Shown here: one piece after another, positions 64,000 to 64,000 of the stretch | How the letters are laid out: every line of letters starts with the position of its first letter | Position numbering within the stretch: the first letter of the stretch is position 1 | Source: Phycisphaeraceae bacterium | GTDB lineage: Bacteria; Planctomycetota; Phycisphaerae; Phycisphaerales; Phycisphaeraceae | Assembly (NCBI GenBank): GCA_963674705.1 | Contig: OY771506.1 | Coordinates: forward strand, 1,824,001-1,888,000 | Direction: 5' to 3' | DNA length: 64,000 bases | Notes under the pieces: model-generated | What the model saw: the letters and a program-made list of their open reading frames with translations, nothing else | Databases searched by the model: none | Told to the model about the DNA's origin: nothing | Program-made: the position numbers and the translations under genes

Positions 64000-64000
64000 C

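Overview
This is a GC-rich bacterial chromosome segment, almost certainly a planctomycete of the Phycisphaerae type. The evidence is PEP-CTERM genes, an LEPRVLLS leader, GDLDGDGFVGL dockerin-like repeats, a DUF1559-type prepilin and a DUF1580-like HTH. In order it contains: (1) six tandem PEP-CTERM genes, three of them paralogues; (2) GH27 and GH2 glycosidases with REP-like palindromes; (3) a ynbABC-like lipid-modification cluster; (4) a 13-gene NAD-salvage/ADP-ribose-processing region (pncB-prs-nadE, ATP-grasp, nrtR, NDT-like, ARH, pncA, macro, bacterial PARG, Nudix, kptA, macro) with three visible GT-N7-AC NrtR operators and no nadD; (5) an orphan ABC binding protein, a Ser/Thr kinase, a ~2700-aa surface protein and housekeeping enzymes; (6) a ~15.3 kb island integrated in tRNA-Gly(GCC) between exact 46-bp att repeats; (7) a cobalamin riboswitch ahead of BtuH-like and DUF4465 PEP-CTERM genes and a prepilin. 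The island has a satellite-like core (integrase, HTHs, primase-helicase with palindromic ori), a strongly structured ~190-nt leader RNA, and a candidate defence module (Dcm, MORC-ATPase/histidine kinase, receiver-effector, small nuclease, Vsr). Family calls come from motif recognition by eye; no searches were run.
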